This document shows positions 20,148 through 31,006 of a stretch of 64,000 bases of DNA, piece by piece; position 1 is the stretch's first letter, and every line of letters begins with the position of its first letter. The stretch is from Candidatus Buchananbacteria bacterium (GTDB taxonomy: Bacteria > Patescibacteriota > Patescibacteriia > Buchananbacterales > UBA6539). The translations under genes were made by a program, and so were the position numbers. The notes under the pieces were generated by a model. The model had not been told where the DNA came from. It saw nothing but the letters and a program-made list of their open reading frames with translations, and did no database searches. The stretch lies in NCBI GenBank assembly GCA_041663485.1, contig JBAYMO010000001.1, positions 11,023 to 75,022 of the forward strand. Reading direction: 5' to 3'.

Positions 20148-21155
20148 TTATTTTATGGCCAAGATACTTCGCTTGTATGATTCCAAATTCTCTAAAGCAA
20201 TACCAGTGCCTTTGGCCACGCAAAATATTGGCTCGTCAGCAATGTAAGCCGGCACGCCAGTTGCCTGCATCACCAATTGATCAATATTTCTCAGCTGACT
20301 GGAACCACCGGACATAATAATCCCCTTGTCAATAACATCCGCGGATAACTCCGGCGGCGTTTTATGCAGTACATCTTTAACGGCCTGAATAATACCTTCC
20401 AACTCCGTTTGAATGGCGTCGGTAACATCATCGGAAGTTACCGTCACGGTTCGAGGCAAACCGGAAACCGTATCGCGACCCCGCACTTCCATCGACAATG
20501 GTTCTTCCATGTACATGGCTGAACCGATATCAATTTTTACGCGTTCAGCTGAACGTTCACCGATAGCCAAATTATATTTACGACGAATAAACTCAGCAAT
20601 AGCCAAATCAAAACGATTGCCTCCGATTTTTACCGAGGTGGAAGCCACAATGCCACCCAAAGAAATAACGGCCATTTCCGACGTGCCGCCGCCGATATCA
20701 ATAATCATGTGACCCGAGGGCGAACCAATCGGAATATCAGCGCCAATAGCGGCCACAATCGGCTCTTTAATAATATAGGCGGCCTTAGCTCCGGCCGCGA
20801 TGGTCGCGTCAATAACCGCGCGCCGCTCAGTAGAAGTAATACCGGCCGGTACAGCCACCATCACTTCTGGCCGAAATAATCTAATACCGCCCAAAGCCTT
20901 ATTAACAAAATATCTCAACATAGCCGCGGTGGTTTTGTAATCGGCGATAACTCCGTCTTTCATCGGCCGAACCGCGATAATGGTTTCCGGCGTGCGGCCA
21001 AGCATTTCTTTAGCTTCAACGCCAACCGCTAAAATCTTTTTATCAATCGCTGAAACCGCTACCACCGAAGGCTCATTAATAACAATTCCCCTCTTGGGCA
21101 CATAAACCAAAGAATTAGTCGTACCTAAATCAATTCCGATTTTCTTGATTAGCAT
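20148..21155 (-). CDS. mreB: MreB/Mbl-family actin homolog (second paralog)
   Basis: IGIDLGTTN, INEPSVVA, DIGGGT, TPPELSAD. Confidence 0.93.
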   Translation of the reverse strand: MLIKKIGIDLGTTNSLVYVPKRGIVINEPSVVAVSAIDKKILAVGVEAKEMLGRTPETIIAVRPMKDGVIADYKTTAAMLRYFVNKALGGIRLFRPEVMVAVPAGITSTERRAVIDATIAAGAKAAYIIKEPIVAAIGADIPIGSPSGHMIIDIGGGTSEMAVISLGGIVASTSVKIGGNRFDLAIAEFIRRKYNLAIGERSAERVKIDIGSAMYMEEPLSMEVRGRDTVSGLPRTVTVTSDDVTDAIQTELEGIIQAVKDVLHKTPPELSADVIDKGIIMSGGSSQLRNIDQLVMQATGVPAYIADEPIFCVAKGTGIALENLESYKRSILAIK

Positions 21156-21258
21156 ATATTACAAAAAAAATTCTTTAAAATAGCTTATATATTATAAGCT
21201 AAATTTAAAAATTTGTCTAGTTTTACCCTTAAAAATTATGGCCAAAATAAAATAAAAA

Positions 21259-22119
21259 TTAGCTCCGGCCAGGAGTTTTAATACCAAAATATTTCAAAAA
21301 ATATTTGATACCGGAAATAAGATGAATTCTGCCACCAAGTTTAAACACCCCCAAAATTCCTTCCCGCTCCGCCGAGAATCTGGTATGATAATGAACTAAA
21401 ACCACTTCGGGAAAATAAACTACTTGGCTTTTATTTTCCCAAAAACGCCGGCAGAGATCCAAATCCTCAAAATACATAAAGAATCTTTCGTCGAACAAAC
21501 CAACTTTAACCAAAATTGACTGACGAATTAATAGACAAGCGCCAAATAGCCAATCAACGGGAATGGTTTTATCATGTTCAATATCAATCATCAGATACTG
21601 ATTGACTGAATTTTGAGCAAAAGGCAGCTTACCGAAAATGGTTCGGCGATAAAGTGGCACAAAAGTATTGGGAAATCGCCGGCAGGAATATTGAATGGTG
21701 CCATCCGGATATATTAATTTTGGTCCGATCATGCCGACCGACTCATTGTGTTCCAAATAGTGATACATTTTCTCAATAACGCCAGAAACAATAGCGATAT
21801 CAGAATTCAAAATCATGACATATTTGCCTTTGGCAGCTTTAATGCCTAAATTGTTGCCATAAGCAAAGCCGCCATTAACTTTTGATTGCATAGTGACAAT
21901 GGGCGGCACGACTAGTTCTTTTCCGTTGGCCAACCTGAACCTCTGAATATATTCCCGTGAAAAAAGATTGTTTACCATTTCTAAACACCCGTCATCCGAA
22001 TCATTATCAACCACTATGATTTCGTAGTCTAGCTGAGGTTGGGACAAAACAACGCCCTTGAGACACTGTTTAATCAGCTCCTTTGATTTGTAATTCAATA
22101 AAATAATTGATATATCCAT
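21259..22119 (-). CDS. Glycosyltransferase family 2 (WbbL-like)
   Basis: VVDNDS, LNSD, FDERFFMYFEDLDLC. Confidence 0.88.
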   Translation of the reverse strand: MDISIILLNYKSKELIKQCLKGVVLSQPQLDYEIIVVDNDSDDGCLEMVNNLFSREYIQRFRLANGKELVVPPIVTMQSKVNGGFAYGNNLGIKAAKGKYVMILNSDIAIVSGVIEKMYHYLEHNESVGMIGPKLIYPDGTIQYSCRRFPNTFVPLYRRTIFGKLPFAQNSVNQYLMIDIEHDKTIPVDWLFGACLLIRQSILVKVGLFDERFFMYFEDLDLCRRFWENKSQVVYFPEVVLVHYHTRFSAEREGILGVFKLGGRIHLISGIKYFLKYFGIKTPGRS

Positions 22120-22124
22120 ATCTT

Positions 22125-23141
22125 TTAATTAAACCATGACCTGATTTGGTTGGCGGTAATTTTTCGGTGTCGCATAATTATTTGTCGTTTAGACCAAGTC
22201 CGGGGCAATAATTTAAAAAACTTTACCAGACCCGACCACTGAAACGGCTCAAAAATTAGCGCCCCAAAGGTTATAATAAAATCACGACTTAAAAACCATG
22301 GTGAAGCCAGAAATAAATTAATCAAATCATCATTTTTTACCAACATCAAATGATGATTGCGTAAAGAATAAATACGCAAAATCTTTGATATCTTTTTTCT
22401 TTCCTTTATTACTTGACTCAACTTTGATTGATAAAAACCACGATGATGAAAACAAACGGCTTGATAATTATACCAACAGGTAAAGCCATAAAGCCGCAAG
22501 CGCCATGATAAATCAATGTCTTCTTTATACGCAACAAAATCTTGATCAAAAAACTCATGGTTGATTGAAACATCATCCAGAGCTGACTTGCGATATAAAA
22601 CACAGGCGCCAGTGACCCCAAAGACTTCTTCGGTTTTATCGTATTGGCCCGAATCAATCTCACCTTCACCGCGATCAACAACTCTTCGGCTTTTAAAAAT
22701 TTTTAAGCCCGTGGAGTCGATGATATTTGATTTAATTGTTTCTCTCATGGACTGATCATTACTATCAATGGCCTCGGTGCTAAATTTCAAAATTTTACCG
22801 CCAAAGGCTGCGCCTTGCGGTTGGCGATCAGCAAATTCTACAATTTTTTCTAAAAAATTTTCCGTTAAAACTACATCGGCATTCATCACTAAGACATATT
22901 CGCTTTTGGCAATCAAAATACCCTGATTGTTAGCTTTGGCGAAACCGAGATTGCGAAAATTTTGTAAAATTGAAACGGTGGGATAATTAGAACGAATAAA
23001 ATCGACTGTTTCGTCGTCTGAGCCGTTGTCGATAACCAAAATGGAAAAGTCGCGAAAAGATTGGCGCATCAAAGACTCCATGCAATCAAAAATATAACGC
23101 ATAGAATTCCAAGTGACAATTTGCACCGATACTTTTGCCAT
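22125..23141 (-). CDS. Glycosyltransferase family 2
   Basis: IDNGSDD, NLGFAKANN, YKEDIDL. Confidence 0.88.
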   Translation of the reverse strand: MAKVSVQIVTWNSMRYIFDCMESLMRQSFRDFSILVIDNGSDDETVDFIRSNYPTVSILQNFRNLGFAKANNQGILIAKSEYVLVMNADVVLTENFLEKIVEFADRQPQGAAFGGKILKFSTEAIDSNDQSMRETIKSNIIDSTGLKIFKSRRVVDRGEGEIDSGQYDKTEEVFGVTGACVLYRKSALDDVSINHEFFDQDFVAYKEDIDLSWRLRLYGFTCWYNYQAVCFHHRGFYQSKLSQVIKERKKISKILRIYSLRNHHLMLVKNDDLINLFLASPWFLSRDFIITFGALIFEPFQWSGLVKFFKLLPRTWSKRQIIMRHRKITANQIRSWFN

Positions 23142-23156
23142 AATTTTTAAGTTAAT

Positions 23157-24650
23157 TTATTTTTTTTCGGTTACCCAAAAACCCAAGCGATACTTGCCGC
23201 CCAGCATTAACCGAGTTTGAGCATCAGCGGCCGGCAATGACCCAAAAAGAATTAAGGTTACCGGTACCAATAACCATTGCAAAAACATCAAGACATAATG
23301 GTGCCATTTAAAATGTCTGGGTTTGGGTGGCAGCATAATCGCGTATAAAAAAGCAATGACCACCATGCCAATCATAGAAAAACGCATTAAAAAAGCTAAA
23401 ACATGAGGCGTGTTCTGAAAAAGCGCTGTTTCCCGTTCCATGGGTCGGGCTAGCCACAGCGGCAAATAACCGGCGGAAATCATTATAATCGGCGCGGTGG
23501 CCCAAGAATATACACCTTCAGTCTGATTCCAAAGATATCGTATTTTTTTAAAAAATGGAATGTTTCTACCCTCCCCTGACTTAAACCAAAATTGCTTAAC
23601 CATCCAGGGAAAATGCTCCACGCCCCAGGCCCAGCGGCGCATTTGCTTGTACTGATTCTTCAAGCTGCGCCAAAAATTACCGATATCGACCGTGTTCATA
23701 TAAACCGGAATATACATCGGTACGGTTTGATAATCGCCTTGATACCGAACCAAACCCTGAAGAAAAATTCGCGAATCTTCAGTTACAATTGTATTGTCCC
23801 AATAGCCCACGTCAACTAACGCCCTGAAACTCATAGAATGGGAGGAAAAAGTAAACAATCTCTCTGGACGCGACAAATCAGTAAACAACCAAAAAGTGGT
23901 TGAGCTGGCCACCACCCTGACGATTGGATTAGACTCCCAGACGTTATTATTATAAATGGCGATCGGTTGAAAGCTACAACGGGTCGGGTTGGGCTGAGTT
24001 AAATAATGATAAGTCAAACAGGCAAAATATTGAGGATGAACACAGGTGTCAATGTCAAAATTTGAAACAATCACTTGGTCATAATCTAATCCCAATTCAT
24101 CAATCAATCGATGGGCGCAAATCGCGGCGTAATGAGTATTTGAACCTTTACCCGGCAATTCATGAGGAATATCAGACGGATGAACTGTAATCAAAAATTT
24201 AAAAAATTTGTCGGAAAATTTTTCTCTGATTTGCTCGGAAATTTTTAAAAAATTTTCTTGATCACGCGCCTCACCGGCTAAAACCACAATAAATTTTTTC
24301 AAATCATAATTTGATTCTATCAAAGCCTTAAAAGGTTTTTCCACAATACCAAAAGGTTCTTTATAGGTAGGCAAAAAAATTAAATGATGATACTGAGTAA
24401 AATCTTTGGGCAGGGATTTCACGCGACTGAACCAATCCACCTCCACGTCGCGTCTAAATCGGCGCCAAGAAGTCAAAAGATAAATGAGCATATACAAGAT
24501 CCGAAGCAGCCAATAAATATCAAACGCGATGATAAAATAAATAGCCCAAAGAGGTTTAATAAAGGAAAGCAAAATAATTCCAAGAAAAGTCAGCCAGACT
24601 AATAAACCCGGGATAGTTTCTAAAATTCTATATTTTGTCTGCTCAGTCAT
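23157..24650 (-). CDS. Membrane-embedded processive GT2 (synthase-like)
   Basis: DID, TED and QMRRW motifs with N- and C-terminal TM helices. Confidence 0.85.
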   Translation of the reverse strand: MTEQTKYRILETIPGLLVWLTFLGIILLSFIKPLWAIYFIIAFDIYWLLRILYMLIYLLTSWRRFRRDVEVDWFSRVKSLPKDFTQYHHLIFLPTYKEPFGIVEKPFKALIESNYDLKKFIVVLAGEARDQENFLKISEQIREKFSDKFFKFLITVHPSDIPHELPGKGSNTHYAAICAHRLIDELGLDYDQVIVSNFDIDTCVHPQYFACLTYHYLTQPNPTRCSFQPIAIYNNNVWESNPIVRVVASSTTFWLFTDLSRPERLFTFSSHSMSFRALVDVGYWDNTIVTEDSRIFLQGLVRYQGDYQTVPMYIPVYMNTVDIGNFWRSLKNQYKQMRRWAWGVEHFPWMVKQFWFKSGEGRNIPFFKKIRYLWNQTEGVYSWATAPIIMISAGYLPLWLARPMERETALFQNTPHVLAFLMRFSMIGMVVIAFLYAIMLPPKPRHFKWHHYVLMFLQWLLVPVTLILFGSLPAADAQTRLMLGGKYRLGFWVTEKK

Positions 24651-24728
24651 GTTTATATTTAACCATAAAATTAATTTTTTTGCAACTAAAATAAAACAAT
24701 TTTTTTCACTTGTTTTAATAAAAAAATA

Positions 24729-26318
24729 TTAAATTAATGACCGGCCGGTCATTTCCGGCGACTGAGGAATTTCAAAAATGTTTAAGATGGTGGGCGAAAT
24801 ATCCGCTAGCATACCGGAGGGAGTTAAAATGCTTAAATCACCCTGCACACTATCCAAACCCGAAGTTAATGTTTGACCTTCCCAACGCGCGCCCACCGCG
24901 ATAAAAGGCACGGGGTTGGTGCTGTGCTCCTTGTCAATTTCACCGGTTTGCAAATTTATCAGCTCTTCGGCATTGCCATGGTCAGCCGTGATTAAACAAA
25001 CGCCATTCTGTCCCAACACCGCGTTCACCAATTCACCCAAACACCGATCAACCGTTTCAACCGCTTTAATCGTCGCTGGAATTACACCAGTATGACCAAC
25101 CATGTCAGGGTTGGCAAAATTAACTACGATAAAATCATATTTGGCTTGCTTAATGGCCGCAATTAATTTGGCGTTTAATTCCATGGCGCTCATTTCCGGT
25201 TTTAAATCATAAGTTGGCACCGACGGCGACGGCACCAATATTCTTTGTTCACCCTGAAATTCGTCTTCTTTGCCACCGTTAAAAAAGAAAGTAACGTGGG
25301 CGTATTTTTCCGTTTCCGCCGCGTGAAGCTGAGTCAAATTGTTATCCTGAATAATTTTGGCCAAAGGAGTTTGAATTAATTCTTTAGGGAAAACCACATC
25401 AACCGGCAAATCTTTATCATACTCGGTAAAAGTAATAAAAACTAAATTGGAATATTTTTTTACTTTGGGAAATTTATCAAAACCGGGCAAAGCAAAAGCG
25501 GCGGAAATTTGTCTAGCTCGATCAGCTCTAAAATTAAAAAATATTACAACGTCATTATCATCTATTGTTGCCACCGGTTTAGAATTTTCCATAATTACGG
25601 TCGGCAAAAATTCTTCGTCAAAAATATTTTTACTATATGCTTTTTGAATAGCATCAATCGGATCTTCGGATTTTAATTTACTTTTACCGCTGGCGATGGC
25701 CGTATAGGCGCTCTCAATTCTTTCCCAATGATTATCGCGATCCATAGCGTAAAACCGTCCAGACAAACTGGCAATTTTGCCCACACCCACGGCTTTAATT
25801 TTTGCCTGAAGCGCTTTAACGAAATCTAAACCACCATCTTTTTTGGTATCCCGGCCATCCAAAATTACATGGATGAATACGTCCTTAATGCCATTGGCGC
25901 GGCACATATCAAGCAAAGCATACAAATGATCTTGATGAGAGTGAACACCGCCATTACTAACCAGACCCAAAAGGTGAAGTCGGCTTTTGTTGGTTTTAAC
26001 TTGTTTGATGGCTTTTAGCCACACTGGATTTTCAGCTAAACTTTTATTTTCAATCGCCCGATTAATTTTTGGCAATGTTTGATAAATAATTTTTCCTGAA
26101 CCAAGGTTGAGATGTCCAACTTCGGAATTACCCATTTCGCCCCAAGACAAACCAACCGCTTCGCCAGAAGCTTGCAGGGTCATGACCGGATAAGTAGAAA
26201 CCAGATGTTCAAATACCGGTTTTCTGGCTAAAGTTATACCGTTGCCTTTTGATGGCGGCGCTACGCCCCAACCATCGAGAATGGCCAAGACGACAGGTTT
26301 TGGTCTGATTATTGGCAT
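24729..26318 (-). CDS. gpmI: 2,3-BPG-independent phosphoglycerate mutase (copy 2)
   Basis: LDGWG, GNSEVGH, DGRD, AETEKYAHVT, DMVGH, TADHGN. Confidence 0.95.
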   Translation of the reverse strand: MPIIRPKPVVLAILDGWGVAPPSKGNGITLARKPVFEHLVSTYPVMTLQASGEAVGLSWGEMGNSEVGHLNLGSGKIIYQTLPKINRAIENKSLAENPVWLKAIKQVKTNKSRLHLLGLVSNGGVHSHQDHLYALLDMCRANGIKDVFIHVILDGRDTKKDGGLDFVKALQAKIKAVGVGKIASLSGRFYAMDRDNHWERIESAYTAIASGKSKLKSEDPIDAIQKAYSKNIFDEEFLPTVIMENSKPVATIDDNDVVIFFNFRADRARQISAAFALPGFDKFPKVKKYSNLVFITFTEYDKDLPVDVVFPKELIQTPLAKIIQDNNLTQLHAAETEKYAHVTFFFNGGKEDEFQGEQRILVPSPSVPTYDLKPEMSAMELNAKLIAAIKQAKYDFIVVNFANPDMVGHTGVIPATIKAVETVDRCLGELVNAVLGQNGVCLITADHGNAEELINLQTGEIDKEHSTNPVPFIAVGARWEGQTLTSGLDSVQGDLSILTPSGMLADISPTILNIFEIPQSPEMTGRSLI

Positions 26319-26387
26319 AAATAAATTAAAAACAAAAAATTAAGAAATTAAAACCGTTAATCTTGTTATTTTTAATTTCTTATTTTC

Positions 26388-27974
26388 TTAAAATAGTGAC
26401 CTACCTTTCATTTCTTTAGCTTTGGCTAAGTTCATCAGTTTTAGAATAGTTGGCCCTACGTCCCCTAATTTTCCCTGGTGTAGTTTGCGGTTAATCTTTT
26501 TTGGCTCAATTAAAATAAAGGGGACGGGATTGCTGGTATGCTCAGTATAGACTTCTCCGGTTTTTAAATCAATCATTTTCTCAGCATTGCCATGATCAGC
26601 GGTAATAATTAAGGTTCCATGTTTTTTTAAAACCGCTGGGACCAATTTGCCCAAACACTCATCAACATGTTCAATTGCTTTAATACAAGCTGGCAAATTA
26701 CCGGTATGACCAATCATGTCAGGCGAAGCCAGGTTAGCGCAAATGAATTCAAAACGTGATAAGCTAGAAATTACTTTGTTAGTAACTTTGGTCGTCGACA
26801 TGGCTGGCACTTTATCATAGCTATCAACATGAGGTGAAGCGATATTTATCCTCATTTCACCATTAACGGCATGATCATAACCACCATTAAAAAAGAATGT
26901 GATATGAGCGTATTTTTCCGTTTCCGCGATATAAATTTGTTTATTGCTCGGTAAAATTACCGGCAAAGTATTAAGTAAATCGGCTGAAGGATAAGCGGTC
27001 AAAATCGAATCTAAATCCGGGCCGAAATCGGTCATGGCTACAAAAACTATGTTTTTTAGAATCTTGGCACGTTTAGCAAGACCGGGATTTTTTTTCTCAA
27101 ATTCAACTTGCACGAATGGTTTAGCCAACTGACGGGCGCGGTCGCTGCGTAAGTTAAAGAAAATTATCGCGTCATCGTCGTCAATGCGTGGCACCATTTT
27201 CCCCTTACGCTTAATCACAAACGGCTTGATGAATTCATCAGTAATATTGGAATTATAGGAACGCGAAATACCTTCTTGAGGACTATTGGCCACTGCCACT
27301 TCTTTACCATCTACCATGGCGTTATAAGCTGAAATGGTTCTTGACCAAACCTTTTTGCGATCCATGGCATAAAACCTGCCGATAACCGTCGCAATCCACT
27401 CACCGGACTTTTTACCATTTTCTTTATTTTTCATCTGACGCATCAAAGCTTCAATTAATTTTAAGGAAGCATGCTGAGGTGAATCACGACCATCAGTAAA
27501 CAAATGAAGATAAACGTTAGGAATTTTTTTCAGCCGCGCCCAGGTCAGCAAAGCCAAAAGATGGTCCGGATCACTATGGGCGCTTTGGCCATCGGATAGC
27601 ATGCCCATTAAATGCAAATTGGATTTGTTTTCGATTACGTGCTTATAAGCCGCTTCAAAAGCCGGATTCTTAAAAAATTTTCCCGTGCTAATATCTTTAC
27701 CAATACTAACCGCGTCCTGATCAACCAGCCGGCCAGCACCTAAATTCATATGTCCTGCCTCGGAATTTCCGTGCTGTTTGGGCGGCAGACCAACATATTT
27801 ACCTGAAGCAAAAAGCTGCGTATGGGAATAGTTTTTCCACAAACGATCAAAGACCGGCTTTCGCGCTAGCTCAATGGCATTACCTTTATTTTTTGGCGCC
27901 AGTCCCCAGCCATCCAAAATCAATAAAACTACCGGCGGTTTTTTTTGATTAGCTTTATTTTTTAGTTTAGGCAC
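26388..27974 (-). CDS. gpmI: 2,3-BPG-independent phosphoglycerate mutase (copy 1)
   Basis: LDGWG, GNSEAGH, DGRD, AETEKYAH, DMIGH, TADHGN. Confidence 0.95.
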   Translation of the reverse strand: MPKLKNKANQKKPPVVLLILDGWGLAPKNKGNAIELARKPVFDRLWKNYSHTQLFASGKYVGLPPKQHGNSEAGHMNLGAGRLVDQDAVSIGKDISTGKFFKNPAFEAAYKHVIENKSNLHLMGMLSDGQSAHSDPDHLLALLTWARLKKIPNVYLHLFTDGRDSPQHASLKLIEALMRQMKNKENGKKSGEWIATVIGRFYAMDRKKVWSRTISAYNAMVDGKEVAVANSPQEGISRSYNSNITDEFIKPFVIKRKGKMVPRIDDDDAIIFFNLRSDRARQLAKPFVQVEFEKKNPGLAKRAKILKNIVFVAMTDFGPDLDSILTAYPSADLLNTLPVILPSNKQIYIAETEKYAHITFFFNGGYDHAVNGEMRINIASPHVDSYDKVPAMSTTKVTNKVISSLSRFEFICANLASPDMIGHTGNLPACIKAIEHVDECLGKLVPAVLKKHGTLIITADHGNAEKMIDLKTGEVYTEHTSNPVPFILIEPKKINRKLHQGKLGDVGPTILKLMNLAKAKEMKGRSLF

Positions 27975-28531
27975 ATGAAAACATTAAGAATAGCTTTAAT
28001 ATTTTTACCAGCTTCTTTTTTGCAATCACTCAAAGTCAATAACTTATTTTTATCTTTCATCTTTTTAATAACATATTGCACCGAATACTCCAAAGTAGCA
28101 CCACGTCGGCCCATTTCGTGCAATAATACTAAACATCCCGGCAAAGTTACAAACTTAAAACATTCGGCATTCTTGACCACTTCCGCAACTACTGATTTAG
28201 CTAAAACTTTATCATGATGCGCTTGAATTGAATTAATGATTACCTCTTGATCATCTTTTTCAATCCGCCATTTATTCAAATACGGTCTGACGAATTTAGC
28301 GCTTAAATTATAATGATTACTTTGCACTCGCCCGCCGATTTTCTCGTCAAAAACCGTATGAGCTAAATACAGAGAAATCTTGACTAAATTTTTATCTACC
28401 TTATATTTTTTGGCCAATTGCTCTCCTTTGCCCACCGCCAACTCAGTTAGTAACCAAGCCGGCGCGCCATTTTTCTTGGTTTGGCTAAACATCAACTGCT
28501 TGGCTTTTTCGATATTAGCTTCAGTTATCAT
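27962..28531 (-). CDS. HD-like hypothetical protein (degenerate HD motif)
   Basis: Helical pattern YLAH...H...IINSIQAHH...VVKNAE resembles the HD fold without the HD dyad. Start chosen at ATG 28531. Confidence 0.55.
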   Translation of the reverse strand: MITEANIEKAKQLMFSQTKKNGAPAWLLTELAVGKGEQLAKKYKVDKNLVKISLYLAHTVFDEKIGGRVQSNHYNLSAKFVRPYLNKWRIEKDDQEVIINSIQAHHDKVLAKSVVAEVVKNAECFKFVTLPGCLVLLHEMGRRGATLEYSVQYVIKKMKDKNKLLTLSDCKKEAGKNIKAILNVFMCLN

Positions 28532-28549
28532 AACAAACACTTCAATTCT

Positions 28550-29806
28550 TTATTTTAATTCACTTTCAATTTCTAATAATCGATTATACTTTTCCACTCT
28601 TTCCGAACGCGACAAAGAACCGGTTTTAATAAATTCCGAATTAACCGCCACTGCCAAATCCGCGATCGTCGTATCACCGGTTTCACCTGAACGATGGGAA
28701 ATGGAAGTCTTATAATGATTTTTGTGCGCCAATTCAATCGCGTCAATGGTTTCTGACAAAGTACCGATTTGATTTAATTTAATTAAAATCGCGTTGGCCA
28801 CCTTTTCGTCTATCCCCCGTTTTAGTCTGGCTACGTTAGTCACAAACAAATCATCGCCAACCAAAGTAATTTTATCGCCAATTTCTTTCGTCAGTATTTG
28901 CCAATTTTGCCAATCATCCTCGGCCAGGCCGTCTTCGATGGAAATTATCGGATATTTTTCGATCCAAGATTTCTCCATCGCCACCATGGCTTGCGGTGAA
29001 ATAGTTTTTTTATCAGCCTTCAAATCATAATCTTTATTTTTTTCATCATAGAATTCCGTTGAAGCCGCATCAATGGCTAACATAACATCGGCTCCTGCTT
29101 GATATCCGGCCGCGGCAATGGCTTGCAAGATAAAATCAAAAGCTTTCTCGTTACCCGGCAGCTGCGGCGCGTATCCGCCCTCATCACCTTTTAAAGTAGG
29201 ATAATTGCTGGCTTTCAAAATCTTGCCCAAGGCGGCAAAGACTTCCGCGCCGCAGCGGACGCGTTCGGCAAGTTTTTTCTGTTGCGGCACAATCATAAAT
29301 TCCTGAATATCCAACGACCAATCCGCGTGCGCTCCGCCGTTTAATATATTCATGGTCGGATACGGCAAAATCCAATTCTTATACTTCAGCTTATAAGTCT
29401 GACGAATATATTGATACAATGGTTTTTTTGCCGAGGCAGCACTCGCTTTGGCCAAAGCCAAAGAAACGCCTAAAATCGCGTTAGCCCCCAGTTTGGATTT
29501 AGTTTCCGTGCCATCCAGCTTAATCATTTTTTCATCCAACATTCTTTGCTTACCAGTGTCTTGACCGACCAATTTTTTAGCAATAATTTTATTGACATTA
29601 CTAACCGCCTTTTGCACGCCTTTGCCGTTATACCGATTTTTATCATTATCGCGAAGCTCCAAGGCTTCGTGAGCGCCAGTAGAAGCGCCAGACGGCACAG
29701 AGGCTTTGGCCACAATGCCATTAGCTAAAGTCAAAATAACTTCCACGGTTGGATTACCGCGTGAGTCTAAAATTTCAAGAGCTTTAAGGGATTTTATTTT
29801 CGGCAT
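28550..29806 (-). CDS. eno: Enolase
   Basis: DSRGNPTVE, GDEGG, LVGDDL, SHRSGET, RSERVEKYN. Confidence 0.98.
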   Translation of the reverse strand: MPKIKSLKALEILDSRGNPTVEVILTLANGIVAKASVPSGASTGAHEALELRDNDKNRYNGKGVQKAVSNVNKIIAKKLVGQDTGKQRMLDEKMIKLDGTETKSKLGANAILGVSLALAKASAASAKKPLYQYIRQTYKLKYKNWILPYPTMNILNGGAHADWSLDIQEFMIVPQQKKLAERVRCGAEVFAALGKILKASNYPTLKGDEGGYAPQLPGNEKAFDFILQAIAAAGYQAGADVMLAIDAASTEFYDEKNKDYDLKADKKTISPQAMVAMEKSWIEKYPIISIEDGLAEDDWQNWQILTKEIGDKITLVGDDLFVTNVARLKRGIDEKVANAILIKLNQIGTLSETIDAIELAHKNHYKTSISHRSGETGDTTIADLAVAVNSEFIKTGSLSRSERVEKYNRLLEIESELK

Positions 29807-29828
29807 GATTGAATTAATTAAATATTTA

Positions 29829-30989
29829 TTACTTCACAAACTTAAACGCTTTAGAGAAAATGCTACCGTCAATTAAGTCGTCGGTTGAGGTACCAAATCG
29901 CATTATTTCTGCGGTTATCTTTTTTACACCTGGCAAGTCCGGTTCTTTCTTGAAAAAATCATCATACAAATCAACAACAGCACTAACAGTTTGTCCGGGC
30001 TTAATGATGTCAAATAAAGTCACTGGGGTTTGCAACTGATTGGAGTCAGAGAGAGTCACATCAAAATCCACACCATCTAAAGCAGCCTTGGTGCCGATAT
30101 TTTTAATAAAAACTTCAGCCTCGGTGTTTTCGTCGTTGACTTTTGGCGGATTAGGATAAACTTTTATATCAGTAACGACTAAATCAACTTTTGAATCTGA
30201 CAGCTCAAGTCTTCTTAATTCATCTTTTTCCACATTATAAGCTTCAATCCCTTTATTTAAGGTCTCAATCGCTGCGAATTTCCAGGCGCCGCCCTCTTTA
30301 ATAAACAATACATCACCACCAACAGTTCGACCGTTTTTGTATATGACCGTCTGGTTAACCAGATAATTCTGTCCGTTTTTAACCGGATTTGTATATTTTA
30401 TATCAGCAATGCTATTATCTATTTTTACGCCAAATCCAAATAGCTCAAAAGTCTTTTCGCTAAACAAAGACTGATAGGTAGAAGTGGCAACTGGTGTTTT
30501 CGATAATTCCGCTGCGCGAAGTTTATTCATTACCTCCTGCAATGATGCTAAATCATCTAAGGGTTTAAGGCTATAATCGGCAAAAGAGTTAATAATTGCG
30601 TCAGAGACATTATAGGTCTTGGCCTTAGAATATTTTTTTAGCTCGACTAAATTCTTAATCAAATATTTTTTCTGCTCTTTTATCAAATAAATTTTACCCT
30701 TGGTCGATTTGAGCAAAACGCCATCAGCATACTTACTTTCAACATAATTCTGATAGGCATCAGTTACGCTCTTGTCTACAAAAATAATCTTTTGACTCTT
30801 GTATTTTTTTAGCTCGGCTAAAGTTTTAAGATGCAGTTTTTTTTGCTGCTTAATGACATAAACCTTATTACTTGAATCGCGCAACAGTGTCCCATCGGGA
30901 TACTGGGTAACGGCTAAAACTTCACCGGTACAAAACAAAAATCCGAATAGCACCAAGCTAAAAACCAAAGAAAAAAGCAGTTTTTTCAT
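29829..30989 (-). CDS. Secreted protein with two tandem N-terminal repeats and a C-terminal CARDB/Ig-like domain
   Basis: Signal peptide; repeats YPDGTLLR..VYVIK..LKKY and YADGVLLK..IYLIK..LKKY; DLVVTDI...IKNIG. Confidence 0.65.
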   Translation of the reverse strand: MKKLLFSLVFSLVLFGFLFCTGEVLAVTQYPDGTLLRDSSNKVYVIKQQKKLHLKTLAELKKYKSQKIIFVDKSVTDAYQNYVESKYADGVLLKSTKGKIYLIKEQKKYLIKNLVELKKYSKAKTYNVSDAIINSFADYSLKPLDDLASLQEVMNKLRAAELSKTPVATSTYQSLFSEKTFELFGFGVKIDNSIADIKYTNPVKNGQNYLVNQTVIYKNGRTVGGDVLFIKEGGAWKFAAIETLNKGIEAYNVEKDELRRLELSDSKVDLVVTDIKVYPNPPKVNDENTEAEVFIKNIGTKAALDGVDFDVTLSDSNQLQTPVTLFDIIKPGQTVSAVVDLYDDFFKKEPDLPGVKKITAEIMRFGTSTDDLIDGSIFSKAFKFVK

Positions 30990-31006
30990 AGACTTAAAAT
31001 TTTATT

